Shown: positions 1 to 9,659 of the stretch, in pieces
Numbering within the stretch: position 1 is the first letter of the stretch
Layout of the letters: each line of letters opens with the position of its first letter
Assembly: GCA_047639355.1 (NCBI GenBank)
Contig: JBLIOC010000002.1
Span: 1 to 61,107, forward strand
Direction: 5' to 3'
Origin: Minisyncoccia bacterium
GTDB taxonomy: Bacteria > Patescibacteriota > Minisyncoccia > Phycocordibacterales > UBA918
DNA: 61,107 nt
Program-made: the position numbers and the translations under genes
The notes under the pieces: model-generated
What the model was told of the DNA's origin: nothing
The model's input: only the letters and a program-made list of their open reading frames with translations
The model's database searches: none

Positions 1-29
1 AGAGCAGCTTTTTAAGATTATATTTTCGA

Positions 30-138
30 GGTCCACGAGGACTCGAAAAGCTTTTGAGTCAGATTGTGAGCGAAGCAAAACAATCTGTCCAAAAGGTATA
101 CTGGTCATGTAATGACCGAGATTCCTCGTGGACCCGCA
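30..138 (+). ncRNA. tRNA-minihelix-like structured repeat unit (copy A1)
   Basis: A 12-bp closing helix ggtccacgagga/tcctcgtggacc plus a cgca tail mimics an acceptor+T-stem. Inside are a GAAAAG junction, helix cttttg/caaaag capped by hairpin cagattgt-GAGCGAAGCAAA-acaatctg, a GTATACTG junction, and hairpin ggtca-TGTAA-tgacc. Confidence 0.6.
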
Positions 139-182
139 AAATTAGGAAGAATAAAACGGAGTTTTAGATGACATAATTTTCA

Positions 183-288
183 GGTCCACGTGGACTCGAA
201 AAGCTTTTGAGGTAGATTTGACTGAAAGGAGAATATATCCAAAAGGTATACTGGTCATGTAATGACCGAGATTCCTCATGGACCCACA
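183..288 (+). ncRNA. tRNA-minihelix-like structured repeat unit (copy A2)
   Basis: Same flanks as A1 (ggtccacgtgga/tcctcatggacc). The central hairpin is replaced by tagattt-GACTGAAAGGA-gaatata. The TATACTG junction and UGUAA hairpin are the same. Confidence 0.6.
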
Positions 289-332
289 AAATTCGGAAGA
301 ATAAAACGGAGTTTTTAATGACATAATTTTCA

Positions 333-439
333 GGTCCACGTGGACTCGAAAAGGTTGCCAGATATTTTGTGACGCAGGAGCAAAATATCTGGCAACCTAT
401 ACTGGTCATGTAATGACCGAGACTCCTCGTGGACCCGCA
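333..439 (+). ncRNA. tRNA-minihelix-like structured repeat unit (copy A3)
   Basis: Same closing helix as A1/A2. The central helix is ggttgccagatattttg-TGACGCAGGAG-caaaatatctggcaacc, followed by the CTATACTG junction, the ggtca-TGTAA-tgacc hairpin and the 3' end gactcctcgtggacccgca. Confidence 0.6.
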
Positions 440-443
440 TGTA

Positions 444-477
444 GAAAATAGCTGCATTTGCAAGCTATTTTCTTTTT
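444..477 (+). terminator. Intrinsic-terminator-like hairpin closing the A1-A3 array
   Basis: Hairpin gaaaatagct...agctattttc followed by a T-run. Confidence 0.5.
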
Positions 478-596
478 CCCGAAGATATATTTCAGAACTT
501 TCACTTGCATTCATACTCAGCGTTGTGCATAATATAAACATCACGACGAAAAGGGGCCCAAACGGAGAAATACCGCAAGGCCCCCTTTTCTTTTCT

Positions 597-1130
597 CTAC
601 CTCTTTATTTTCTTGAGTGTCCCTGGATTTGAAAGATCTGCAAAATACTTACGGGTGATGACTTTATACAAAGAAGACGCGTAGCGTTGCTTTGGAAACA
701 GTATTTTTTCAAACTTATTTTCCTCAATCAAGAAATCTACCAACATTCGATAGTCACCATCACCAGAGACCAGTACGACCTTATCAAAATCTTCTTGCTT
801 ATACACACGTTTCATTATCGAGAAGATGATATCTGAGTCAACATTTCCTTTTTTAGTTCCTTTCACAGCAGCATTATGCTTACGGAACACTAGAATGAAA
901 CCTGCAGATTGAACAGCTTCGTAAAGCGTCTGGTATTGCTGCTCATCTTGCACGTAACCATGATAATAATATGCTTTCTTCACGCCATATCGTTCTGCAA
1001 GAAATACACGGAACTTTTGTAAATCTACGTACCACTCAGGGTCACGCTTTGTTGTACCCAAATGAAGGTTCCGACCGTCTATATAACAAATGTTGTTTCC
1101 TGTACTTTTCATATTTATCCATGGCACCAA
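597..1130 (-). CDS. NYN-domain (LabA/DUF88-like) putative RNase
   Basis: The 177-aa ORF has the motifs ICYIDGRNL, GNVDSDI and VLVSGDGDY, typical of NYN/LabA-like PIN-fold proteins. An alternative start is Met7 at 1112. Confidence 0.7.
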   Translation of the reverse strand: MVPWINMKSTGNNICYIDGRNLHLGTTKRDPEWYVDLQKFRVFLAERYGVKKAYYYHGYVQDEQQYQTLYEAVQSAGFILVFRKHNAAVKGTKKGNVDSDIIFSIMKRVYKQEDFDKVVLVSGDGDYRMLVDFLIEENKFEKILFPKQRYASSLYKVITRKYFADLSNPGTLKKIKR

Positions 1131-1226
1131 ACTTTGAAGAGCTTCAATACTACTCCTGATACACTCCCTCTCCCTATAAAGTTCTGAAAGCCAGGTTTTT
1201 TGCCTACCCTATAACCCTAAAGGATT

Positions 1227-1622
1227 TTAACTATTAGAGCAATTTATTACCGTATACCAAAGTCTGCCATCTATCATTCCGTCTTCAAGGACTGCTTGCA
1301 TAACCGTATCAACCAACAACCAGGCAGATAGAACAATCACCAATCCGATTAATGCATTCATTATCTTACTCTTAGCTGCACTTTTGGCTGCTGGATTTCC
1401 TCCAGAGGTTGCAAGCCCGAAACCTGCTATCGCTACAATTATCGAAAATACCACCAACAAAACTCCAATTAACCACGTTACTATAGTGTTTCCCATAGCC
1501 ATGAGGGCACAAAGGTCGCAAGGGTTCGTTGTCGTCCCGTCGCAAGCGACAAGCGGGGCGGCCGAAGCTACGCTTGGCATGATTATTAAAATAATCAGAG
1601 CTATTAGTGGTAAATATTTCAT
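1227..1622 (-). CDS. Small secreted two-TM protein, VirB2/TrbC-like 'pilin' of the CPR type
   Basis: 131 aa with a signal peptide (ASAAP) and two hydrophobic helices separated by the charged loop GGNPAAKSAAKSK. The architecture matches the 14.5-17.1 kb paralogues. Confidence 0.5.
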   Translation of the reverse strand: MKYLPLIALIILIIMPSVASAAPLVACDGTTTNPCDLCALMAMGNTIVTWLIGVLLVVFSIIVAIAGFGLATSGGNPAAKSAAKSKIMNALIGLVIVLSAWLLVDTVMQAVLEDGMIDGRLWYTVINCSNS

Positions 1623-1715
1623 ATTGAAATAATAGCACAGTGGTACTATGAATAATGTCTAATATGTGATATTTTGTTCCCATCTGCAACAATGCAGTGT
1701 TACAAACAAATATTC

Positions 1716-1798
1716 GCGTCGGTGGCAGAGTGGTCAATTGCAGGAGACTGTAAATCTCCCGGATTTATCCTACGCAGGTTCAAATCCTGCTCGGCGCA
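1716..1798 (+). tRNA. tRNA-Tyr (GTA), long variable arm, no encoded CCA
   Basis: Hand fold gives acceptor gcgtcgg/tcggcgc, anticodon stem ggaga/tctcc with loop ctGTAaa, and T-arm gcagg-ttcaaat-cctgc. Confidence 0.9.
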
Positions 1799-1833
1799 CA
1801 TTTTTAAGCACCCTTTGGGTGCTTTTAATATGA

Positions 1834-1962
1834 GCGCCGAGAGAAAGCTCTGGGAGAGCTTTCGTCAGGATTTGAAAAGCTTTTGAGGTAGATTTGACTA
1901 AAAGGAGAATATATCCAAAAGGTATACTGGTTGTGTAACAACCAAAATTCCTGCTCGGCACA
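1834..1962 (+). ncRNA. tRNA-like structured repeat unit Y1 (mimics the tRNA-Tyr 3' end)
   Basis: Helices gcgccgag/ctcggcac, hairpin gaaagctc-tggga-gagctttc, and helix caggattt/aaattcctg. The core (cttttg..GACTAAAAGGA..caaaag, GTATACTG, ggttg-TGTAA-caacc) is nearly identical to A2. The unit is followed by the terminator hairpin aaacggc-tta-gccgttttttt. Confidence 0.6.
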
Positions 1963-1992
1963 CAAATTTAAAACGGCTTAGCCGTTTTTTTT

Positions 1993-2193
1993 GCGCCGAG
2001 AGAGTGACTCAATGTCACTCACGTCAGGATTTGAAGAGGTTGCCAGACTATTTTCGACCGAAGGGAGAAAATATCGACTGTCAATTGAGTGAGTGAAATA
2101 GAAATTTATTTATATTTCCGAACGAAAGCAGACAGAAAGCTTTGCTTACAACCTGTACCGAAACTGTAAGTTTCAAAATTCCTACTTGGCGCA
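1993..2193 (+). ncRNA. tRNA-like structured repeat unit Y2 (expanded copy)
   Basis: Contains gcgccgaga..., hairpin gagtgac-tcaat-gtcactc, and helix caggattt/aaaattcct. Helix ggttg.../...caacc encloses tattttc-GACCGAAGGGA-gaaaata plus extra hairpins. It continues with GTACCG, gaaac-TGTAA-gtttc, and the 3' end cctacttggcgcaca. Confidence 0.5.
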
Positions 2194-2259
2194 CAAAGAA
2201 TAATAAATGTCTATACCTGCACTTCAAAATTAGAAGTGTTTACTGTATAGTAGTCAATT

Positions 2260-2891
2260 ATGAAATCAGTTGGTCCAATTCCACTAAGTAAGAGAACGAT
2301 GGATATCGTAATCAGCTTAATCATACTCACCATATCCCTCCCTTTTACACTTTCAGTGTTACTGCTTATTAAAATTACGCAGATCTTTAGCTTGCGTCCT
2401 TTTGATCCATTGTTCTTCATGGACGAAAGATATTCTCACGGTAAGCTAATCTCACTGTATAAATTTAATATTTTTAAATACGACCTAATTTTAGAGGCTA
2501 GAGCAAGAGGTGAATTATTCAAACTAAAAAATTTGAAAAAAATGGTGGCGTCACTTGGATAGGATGGATTCTTAAACAGATATACATGGACGAATTGCCA
2601 CAATTATACAATGTTCTCATAGGAGAAATGAGTTTAGTAGGACCTAGACCAGTAAACAAAGAAGTTTTTAACGAGATGATGGCAGCTGGCATTGACCACA
2701 AAGCAAAAGTCAGAGCTGGTATGACAGGCAGCTACCAATCATACAAACGAGTTGCCGGAAAAAATGCCAATGAACTTGACCGTGAATATATAGAGCATTA
2801 TCTAAACAAACCCTGGTATACACTTTTATGGTTTGATATCAAGATTATTTTGAGAACCTTAAAAGTTATAGTCAAAGCGGAAGGTGTATAA
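2260..2891 (+). pseudogene. Bacterial sugar transferase (WbaP/undecaprenyl-phosphate hexose-1-P transferase family) split by a frameshift
   Basis: ORF 2260-2562 carries the N-terminal TM and PFDPLFF..YKF. The frame open from 2514 reads ..KNGGVTWIGWILKQIYMDELPQLYNVLIGEMSLVGPRP, the family signature. The frames switch at the A7 run 2536-2542. Confidence 0.75.
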
Positions 2892-2940
2892 ATTTGTCTT
2901 TGCCTAGATAACGCTAAATCCTTCTGACATACTTATAAGT

Positions 2941-2987
2941 ACTGCTTAATAAAAAACCGCAGAGTGGCGGTTTTTTATTAAGCAGTA
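2941..2987. terminator. 20-bp perfect hairpin, bidirectional terminator between the sugar transferase and clpB
   Basis: actgcttaataaaaaaccgc - agagtg - gcggttttttattaagcagt. Confidence 0.7.
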
Positions 2988-5701
2988 ACAGCCTGCTTTT
3001 TCTTTGCTGTTGGTTTAGCAACTGTTTTAGCGGGCGTCTTACGGCGGCCTTTCTTCTTTATGTCGAAGTTGAGTTCTCCTTTTTTCATAGTCACCTTAAC
3101 GGTTCCACCTTGAAGCATTCCTTCACCCACCATCATATTGGCTATCGGTGTCAGAATCTTACTCTGAATTAGGCGTCGTAGTGGTCGAGCGCCGAATTTT
3201 GGATCATAACCTTCTTTAGCAAGATAGTCACGTGCATCTTTTGCAATAGTCAGAGCTATTTCCTTCTTTTTAAGACGAGCAACAACGTCATCTACCTGTA
3301 AATCAACAATCTGTGTAATCGCTTCTGGTGTAAGCAGGTCAAAAGTAATAATTTCATCAAGTCGATTGAGAAACTCTGGTCGGAAATACTGCTTCAAACT
3401 TTCAATCACCTTATCTTTGGCTTGTGTATATTGAGCGTTGTGTCCATGATCTACGGTAAAGCCAAAATTTGACATGCGGTCGATATGTTCGGCTCCAATG
3501 TTCGAAGTCATAATAATAACTGTATTTTTGAAGTTCACTTTCCGACCCTTAGCGTCAGTCAGATGACCAGAGTCGAGTACCTGCAAAAGAATATTGAATA
3601 CTTCTGGATGTGCTTTCTCCACCTCATCAAGCAAAATGACAGCGTAAGGTCGGTGACGGACTCGTTCAGTAATAGAACCTCCCTCGTCGTGACCAACGTA
3701 CCCTGGCGGTGAACCAATGATTTTTGAAACTGAGTGTTTTTCCATGTACTCAGACATATCGATTCGCAAAAGTGCATCAGGATCACTAAACATGAATTCT
3801 GACAACGCCTTTGAAAGTTCCGTTTTCCCAACTCCAGTTGGCCCTAAGAAAAGGAATGAACCAATCGGACGGTTCGGGTCAGCAATTCCTGCTCTAGCAC
3901 GTTTAATAGCGTCAGCTACCAACTTCACAGCATTATTCTGACCAATAACCTTCTCATGCAACACATCATCAATTCGTGCCAACTTCTGAACCTCAGCCTC
4001 GAGCATGCGTGAGACAGGAATACCGGTCCACCTAGATACGACCATAGCAATGTCTTCTTCGGTCACCTCTTCTTTTATTAGACGACGGGTACGTTGAAGT
4101 TTCTTAAGTCGCTTCAATTTAACATCAAGTTCTTTTTGCATTGAAGGCACCGTATCGTAACGAATTTCAGCAGCGCGAGTTAGGTCAGCAGCTGCTTCTG
4201 CATTGTCTGCCTCGACTCGTAGCTCATCAAGACTTTTCTTTATCTTACTGATTTCCCCAAGAGCTTTTTTCTCGTTATTCCATTTAGTTTCGAGATTTGA
4301 AGTAGTTTCCTTATATTCTCCGATTTCTTTCTCGATTTCTTTTATGCGGCCTTTAACTTTCTTTTTATTAGTAGTAGTTTCAACTTCTTTACGGAGGGCT
4401 TCGCGTTCTATTTCTAATCGGCGAATCAGACGGTCGGTTTCTACTAATTCTTCTGGTTTGTTCTCAAGTGAAATACGCATTGCGGCCGCTGCCTCGTCGA
4501 TGAGGTCCACAGCCTTGTCCGGCAAGAACCGGTCGGTAATGTAACGGGAAGAAAGATTTACTGCAGACACTAAAGCGTCGTCAGTAATCCTCACCCCGTG
4601 ATAAAGTTCATACTTTTCAGCTAGTCCTCGCAGAATCGCCACCGCGTCCTCGATATTTGGTTCATTTACAAAAACTGGTTGAAAGCGACGCGTAAGCGCT
4701 GGATCACGTTCTATATGCTTTTGGTACTCTTTTAGAGTGGTAGCGCCAATAACACGAATTTCGCCACGGGCGAGAGCGGGCTTCAACATGTTTGAAGCGT
4801 CCATTGACCCATCGGCCTGACCAGCTCCGACGATGGTGTGGAGCTCATCAATAAACAGGATGATTTGTCCATTAGCACTTTCGACTTCCTTCATAACAGA
4901 CTTAAGTCGTTCTTCAAATTCACCGCGGAACTTAGTACCAGCCACTAGTAAACCTAAGTCGAGTGAAAGGATTTCTTTTCCCTTAACTGATTCTGGCACC
5001 TGACCAAGTGCAATTTGCTGGGCCAGTCCCTCGGCAATTGCTGTCTTTCCTACTCCTGCTTCTCCGATAAGAACCGGATTATTCTTTGTGCGACGAGAAA
5101 GTATCTGTATGACTCGCTGGATTTCAATATCACGTCCTATAACTGGGTCAACTTTATTTTCCTGGGCGAGCTTGGTGAGATTGCGAGTGTACTTGGCAAG
5201 CGTTCGATACTTTTTGGGTGATTGCGCATCACTAACATTACTTTCACGTAATTCCGTAATCGCTTCCCTTACCCTTTTCTTATCAACGCTGGTTTGCTGC
5301 ATAATATCGATAGCGGGACCAGGATGCTCAAGAGCTGACACAAAAAGATGCTCTACTCCTACGTACGAATCACCTAACTCTTCGGCGAAGGTGCCAGAAA
5401 ACTCCAAAGCCTTGGCTAGCTCGGGGGTTAGATAGAGTTGGTAGGATTGCGAAATAGTTGTCTGTACCTCAGGTGTTTCTAGTCCTTCAAGAAGTAAATC
5501 GGTAAACGCAATCACATCGATATCGAGTTTATCAAGAATGGCTATTACAGCACTCTCGTCTTGCATAGCAAGAGCAGTCAAGAGATGAACTGAGCTGACA
5601 TGGTTTTGACCTCGTTCGATAGCTAGCTCATGAGCTTTTCTGATTGCTTCCTTGGCTTTGGTTGTAAAATTGTGAAAATTCGGCATATTCTTTATATTCA
5701 T
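2978..5701 (-). CDS. clpB: ATP-dependent chaperone ClpB (two AAA+ modules, coiled-coil middle domain) with a Lys-rich C-terminal tail
   Basis: 907 aa. It has a Clp_N-type N-terminus, Walker A motifs GEAGVGKT and GPTGVGKT, a long coiled-coil insert, and GARPLRR near the C-terminus. Confidence 0.95.
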   Translation of the reverse strand: MNIKNMPNFHNFTTKAKEAIRKAHELAIERGQNHVSSVHLLTALAMQDESAVIAILDKLDIDVIAFTDLLLEGLETPEVQTTISQSYQLYLTPELAKALEFSGTFAEELGDSYVGVEHLFVSALEHPGPAIDIMQQTSVDKKRVREAITELRESNVSDAQSPKKYRTLAKYTRNLTKLAQENKVDPVIGRDIEIQRVIQILSRRTKNNPVLIGEAGVGKTAIAEGLAQQIALGQVPESVKGKEILSLDLGLLVAGTKFRGEFEERLKSVMKEVESANGQIILFIDELHTIVGAGQADGSMDASNMLKPALARGEIRVIGATTLKEYQKHIERDPALTRRFQPVFVNEPNIEDAVAILRGLAEKYELYHGVRITDDALVSAVNLSSRYITDRFLPDKAVDLIDEAAAAMRISLENKPEELVETDRLIRRLEIEREALRKEVETTTNKKKVKGRIKEIEKEIGEYKETTSNLETKWNNEKKALGEISKIKKSLDELRVEADNAEAAADLTRAAEIRYDTVPSMQKELDVKLKRLKKLQRTRRLIKEEVTEEDIAMVVSRWTGIPVSRMLEAEVQKLARIDDVLHEKVIGQNNAVKLVADAIKRARAGIADPNRPIGSFLFLGPTGVGKTELSKALSEFMFSDPDALLRIDMSEYMEKHSVSKIIGSPPGYVGHDEGGSITERVRHRPYAVILLDEVEKAHPEVFNILLQVLDSGHLTDAKGRKVNFKNTVIIMTSNIGAEHIDRMSNFGFTVDHGHNAQYTQAKDKVIESLKQYFRPEFLNRLDEIITFDLLTPEAITQIVDLQVDDVVARLKKKEIALTIAKDARDYLAKEGYDPKFGARPLRRLIQSKILTPIANMMVGEGMLQGGTVKVTMKKGELNFDIKKKGRRKTPAKTVAKPTAKKKQAVTA

Positions 5702-5795
5702 TATACGTCACCGGTAGTCAATCTGAGAGTCTTTTATACTGAAGGTTTACCGATACTCAATACTACGTACTGTTATCAACTATATTGCAACGAAA

Positions 5796-6998
5796 TTAAT
5801 ATCGAGTCAACTTTTGCATCTGGTTTATATGCGTAGCTAAAACATTAGCCAGTTCTCTGAGGTCTTCTTCTTTAGTATCTGGACCAAGTGATAAACGAAG
5901 AGTTGACGAGGCCCGGGCCGAGTCGGCAGAAATCTCTCCCACCACAACACTTTCTCCCCCGCCCGCACCTGCGCAAGCCGACTTAGTACTAACTGCAAAC
6001 CCTTTACTGTCTAAAACAACTACTGTGTACTCGGTATCTAATCCAGGAATCGAAATATTAATATTGTTAGCTAGTCGAAACTCTCCCTCTCCACCGTTAA
6101 GTACTGCTCCCGGGATAGTTTCCAGTAGTAACTTAATTCCACCATTTCGCACCTCAGATACCTTTTCAACTCGTTCACGCCACGCTGATTGAGCTTCTCT
6201 AAAAGCGACACCTGCGCCGACAATACCAGAAACATTTTCAGTTCCTGGACGTAATCCCTGCTCTTGTCCGCCACCAAACATTATTGGAAGGATTTCTGCT
6301 CGACGACTCCTTACCACCACCCCGATACCTTTAGGACCACAGCACTTAGTGGCATCAAGAACGAGGAAGTCGGCACCTACGCTATCAAACTGACAAGGAA
6401 GCCATAGCGGAGCTTGAGCTGCATCAACATGAAAATAAATATTACTTCCGTTTTGCTCCTCTGCTTCACGTATTACCTTTCGAATACTATGAAGTGCCTG
6501 CACAGTACCAATTTCACTATTTGCATATGCACATGACACGAGCACGGTCTTCTCAGATAAGATTTCGCGTAAGTGTGACAGTTCAACACGACCAATTCCA
6601 TCGACTCGGACATATTTAACCTTCACACCCAGTTCTTCGAGGCGGCCCATGATCTTCCCAATGGAAGGATGTTCTATACGAGTAGTGATTACTTCCATAG
6701 ATGAATAGTCACGACCCTGGCGATATAGCGCCTCGACTACCCCAAAAATAACCAAATTATTTCCCTCAGTTCCGCCACCAGTAAAAGTAACAAACTCTGG
6801 ACGAACCTGGACCGACCCAGCCACTTGAACGCGGGCATTCTCTACCGCCTGACGCGACAACACCCCTTCTTTATGAATTGCGCTAGGATTTCCAAATTCA
6901 GTGCGTAAAAATGGCTCCATGGCCAAAAAAGCTTGCTCTGAGAGAGGTGTGGCCGCAGCCCAATCAAGATATACACGTTTATTTTTCTTTCCAAACAT
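5796..6998 (-). CDS. Cysteine desulfurase (NifS/IscS-like, class V aminotransferase)
   Basis: 400 aa with YLDWAAATPL, SEIGTVQ, HVDAAQA, a PLP-Lys context (LDATKCCGPKG) and the active-site region STKSACAG. Confidence 0.85.
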   Translation of the reverse strand: MFGKKNKRVYLDWAAATPLSEQAFLAMEPFLRTEFGNPSAIHKEGVLSRQAVENARVQVAGSVQVRPEFVTFTGGGTEGNNLVIFGVVEALYRQGRDYSSMEVITTRIEHPSIGKIMGRLEELGVKVKYVRVDGIGRVELSHLREILSEKTVLVSCAYANSEIGTVQALHSIRKVIREAEEQNGSNIYFHVDAAQAPLWLPCQFDSVGADFLVLDATKCCGPKGIGVVVRSRRAEILPIMFGGGQEQGLRPGTENVSGIVGAGVAFREAQSAWRERVEKVSEVRNGGIKLLLETIPGAVLNGGEGEFRLANNINISIPGLDTEYTVVVLDSKGFAVSTKSACAGAGGGESVVVGEISADSARASSTLRLSLGPDTKEEDLRELANVLATHINQMQKLTRY

Positions 6999-7157
6999 AA
7001 TTTAGTCGAATCATGACACAAGGTGCGAAAAGTGCAAACGTAATGATGCTTTTAGACAAAAAAAATAAACCCCATCCGAAGATGGGGTGCTTAACAAAAT
7101 AAAGGACTATGTAGTTAGTTTTTCTTTGTGTCTGGGTGAGGTAAGGGTTTCCATTGA

Positions 7158-7511
7158 TCAAACGAAGACAATCCCTTTAATCCCTAATTTCAATGGATAA
7201 AACATCTTAAGGGCACGTCTAATATTTACGAAACCTACCAACGGAACACAATAATCGATAGCGACCTCACTGTACAGAAAATCACCTTCGATCATACGTT
7301 GCAGACAATTTACACATTGCAGATGCACTCCGCGTGGTTCACGCTTTCTTAAACGTGGTTTTTTTAAAATTTGCCTATTCATATGCATCGATACTGTGGT
7401 GACAATCTGTCTGGCACACTCATGATCTTCAGCATAGAAGACACACGAACCAATACGGTCTTTTTTTTTCCAATGAGTCCGTTCCTTTCTGAAATAAACT
7501 TGAAAAAGCAT
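7158..7511 (-). CDS. Hypothetical protein, paralogue of 44321-44740
   Basis: 117 aa. The N-terminus MLFQVYFRKERTHWKKKDRIGSCVFYAEDHE and C-terminus VGFVNIRRALKMFYPL align with the 44.3-kb ORF. A terminator hairpin lies downstream at about 7060-7090. Confidence 0.5.
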   Translation of the reverse strand: MLFQVYFRKERTHWKKKDRIGSCVFYAEDHECARQIVTTVSMHMNRQILKKPRLRKREPRGVHLQCVNCLQRMIEGDFLYSEVAIDYCVPLVGFVNIRRALKMFYPLKLGIKGIVFV

Positions 7512-7808
7512 ACAAATCCTCCTCTAATTAATTGGGTTGGGTTTATGCAAACCCCATCAAGAATGGTGACACGTATAGATATAATTGTCCATATCTGTTA
7601 TACTCGCAAGCAATTGTTTATTAGTAGCGCCTTGATAGGCGTTTTTATGGATGGAGCAAGTCACAACCGCAATCACAACAAGATATGGCAAAAAATGAAT
7701 GAGTAAAGGAGTATAACGACTATTACGAATTTAGTTCCGAATTGACGGCTTCAGCCCGCCGCCAATTCCTGGAACATCGACGTCCAAAGGAAACAAAAAT
7801 ACATTATT

Positions 7809-9314
7809 ATGGCAAAAAAGAAAACACAACAAACTCCAAACATCATCAAGCGGCCGCCGGTCGTAGTAGTTATGGGTCATATTGACCACGGCAAATCAAC
7901 TCTACTCGATACAATTCGAAAAAGTAACATTGTCGATGCTGAAGCTGGAGGCATAACTCAGCACCTATCTGCTTATGTTGTACCCCACAAGACTAAAGAT
8001 GGTGCAGAAGAAACAATAACCTTTCTTGATACACCTGGCCACGCAGCCTTCCAAAAGATGCGTTTACGTGGCGCTGACGTCGCAGACGTGGCTATCTTGG
8101 TGGTTTCTGCCGAAGATGGTGTGAAACCGCAAACTCTTGAAGCTCTAGAATCAATCAAACAAGCTGGTATTCCTTACGTAGTTGCTATCAATAAAATCGA
8201 CAAACCAGGAGCGGACATTCCAAAGACACAAGCAAGTCTAGTTGAGAAAGAGATATACATAGAAGGTATGGGCGGTGACATTCCTTGGGCACCAATTTCA
8301 GCTAAAAGCGGCGACGGAATTAATGACCTTCTAGATCTAGTGATTCTTTCCGCCGATATAGCAGAGCTTAAAGGCGACGAAAGTGCATCAGCTATAGGAA
8401 AAGTTATTGAAGGAAAAATGGACCCTAAACGGGGAAACACAGCAACACTTTTGGTTACAAACGGAACACTCAAAAGTGGTCAATTTGTAGTAGCTGGAAA
8501 AACTTTTTCACCAGTACGTATAATGGAGGATTTTATGGGCAAGTCTGTAAAAGAAGCTAGTCTTTCAGCTCCGATTAGGATTGTGGGCTTTACAGACATC
8601 CCTGAAGTTGGAAGCGAATTCACTACAGTAGCTAGTAAGAAAGAAGCTGAGGCAGCAATTCTTGAAGTCCATACAGAGAAAAAAATTGAGGCTCCCTATG
8701 AACGTCCAATTCTTCCTGTGGTGCCAATCCTAATCAAAGCAGACGTACTTGGAACTATCGAAGCAATCGAGCACGAACTTGAAAAATTTGAATCAGATCG
8801 TATTATTGTCAAAATTATTGATACAGGAGTTGGCGATATTTCAGTAAGCGATGTGCAAAATGTCAGCGCTACCGAGAATGCAATTATTGTCGGATTCAAT
8901 GTAAAAGTAGGCCGTCCAGCTAAAGACTTGGCGGACCGCCAAGGGGTTGAGATAAATACCTTTGATATCATTTATGAACTATCTGAATGGCTAAATACCG
9001 CTCTCAAAAACCGTACACCGAAAATAGAAGAGTCTGTGGTAACAGGCTCAGTAAAAATACTGAAGCATTTTAGTGCTCAAAAGAACATTAACGTACTAGG
9101 CGCACGAGTTGAAGAAGGTGTAATTAAATTGAATCAGCGAGTAACCATCCTTCGTCGTGATATTGAAATTGGTATGGGTACTATCAAAAACATACAGCAG
9201 CAGAAATCTGACGTTCAGCAAGTAGACGAAGGAGAATTTGGTTTGCAACTTGAAACAAAAGCCGAAATTGCCCCAGGTGACCACCTAAAACCATTTGACA
9301 CTGTTGTAACATAA
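7809..9314 (+). CDS. infB: Translation initiation factor IF-2 (short form lacking the N-terminal extension)
   Basis: 501 aa with G-domain motifs [14 protein letters not shown] and NKID, plus the C-terminal IF-2 domains. Confidence 0.95.
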   Translation: MAKKKTQQTPNIIKRPPVVVVMGHIDHGKSTLLDTIRKSNIVDAEAGGITQHLSAYVVPHKTKDGAEETITFLDTPGHAAFQKMRLRGADVADVAILVVSAEDGVKPQTLEALESIKQAGIPYVVAINKIDKPGADIPKTQASLVEKEIYIEGMGGDIPWAPISAKSGDGINDLLDLVILSADIAELKGDESASAIGKVIEGKMDPKRGNTATLLVTNGTLKSGQFVVAGKTFSPVRIMEDFMGKSVKEASLSAPIRIVGFTDIPEVGSEFTTVASKKEAEAAILEVHTEKKIEAPYERPILPVVPILIKADVLGTIEAIEHELEKFESDRIIVKIIDTGVGDISVSDVQNVSATENAIIVGFNVKVGRPAKDLADRQGVEINTFDIIYELSEWLNTALKNRTPKIEESVVTGSVKILKHFSAQKNINVLGARVEEGVIKLNQRVTILRRDIEIGMGTIKNIQQQKSDVQQVDEGEFGLQLETKAEIAPGDHLKPFDTVVT

Positions 9315-9320
9315 TTACTT

Positions 9321-9659
9321 ATGTCATCAGACCGAAAAATTCGCGCTACTGCACTCATCCAAGAATTGGCTGCTACTTTTATTAGACATGAAGCAAACAC
9401 TAATCCTCTAATTACAGTCACAAGTGTTGATATTTCTCCAGATTTAAGTCGAGCTATTATCTTTGTAACAACAATTCCAGAAGGACGTGAGTCGGACGCT
9501 CTAATTTTCCTTAAACGAAATGCGACCAACTTTCGTAATTTTCTTAAGAAGAAAATGCGTATAAAAGTAATCCCCCATATTGAGTTTATGATTGACGCAG
9601 GAGAGAAACATCGACAGCACATGGATGAAATGGTTAGAGATATAAATAACAAGGAATAA
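9321..9659 (+). CDS. rbfA: Ribosome-binding factor A
   Basis: 112 aa with an RbfA-like sequence (..LITVTSVDISPDLSRAIIFVT..). It sits immediately after infB, the conserved synteny. Confidence 0.85.
   Translation: MSSDRKIRATALIQELAATFIRHEANTNPLITVTSVDISPDLSRAIIFVTTIPEGRESDALIFLKRNATNFRNFLKKKMRIKVIPHIEFMIDAGEKHRQHMDEMVRDINNKE

Noticed and set aside
1-640. ORFs 142-339(-), 164-544(-) and 429-632(+), and the CRISPR-like look of the regular repeats
   Set aside because: The ORFs run through the tandem units and repeat the same peptide because the DNA repeats, and they have no SD. This is not CRISPR. The repeat units are about 105 nt and internally structured, the 44-nt 'spacers' are conserved rather than unique, and no cas genes are present.
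1372-1961. ORFs 1372-1737(-), 1384-1632(+), 1674-1886(+) and 1770-1961(-)
   Set aside because: They are antisense to or overlap the pilin gene, tRNA-Tyr and unit Y1. They are explained by those features.
3485-5836. Multiple 60-115-aa ORFs inside or antisense to clpB
   Set aside because: They lie entirely within a clearly recognisable 907-aa ClpB frame. Their low-complexity translations are typical of antisense frames.
7700-7790. Hairpin gaattgacggc-ttcagccc-gccgccaattc in the infB leader as another tRNA-minihelix mimic
   Set aside because: The loop is only loosely T-loop-like (no A58 equivalent), the conserved junction core is absent, and it is a single occurrence. I treat it as an ordinary leader hairpin.
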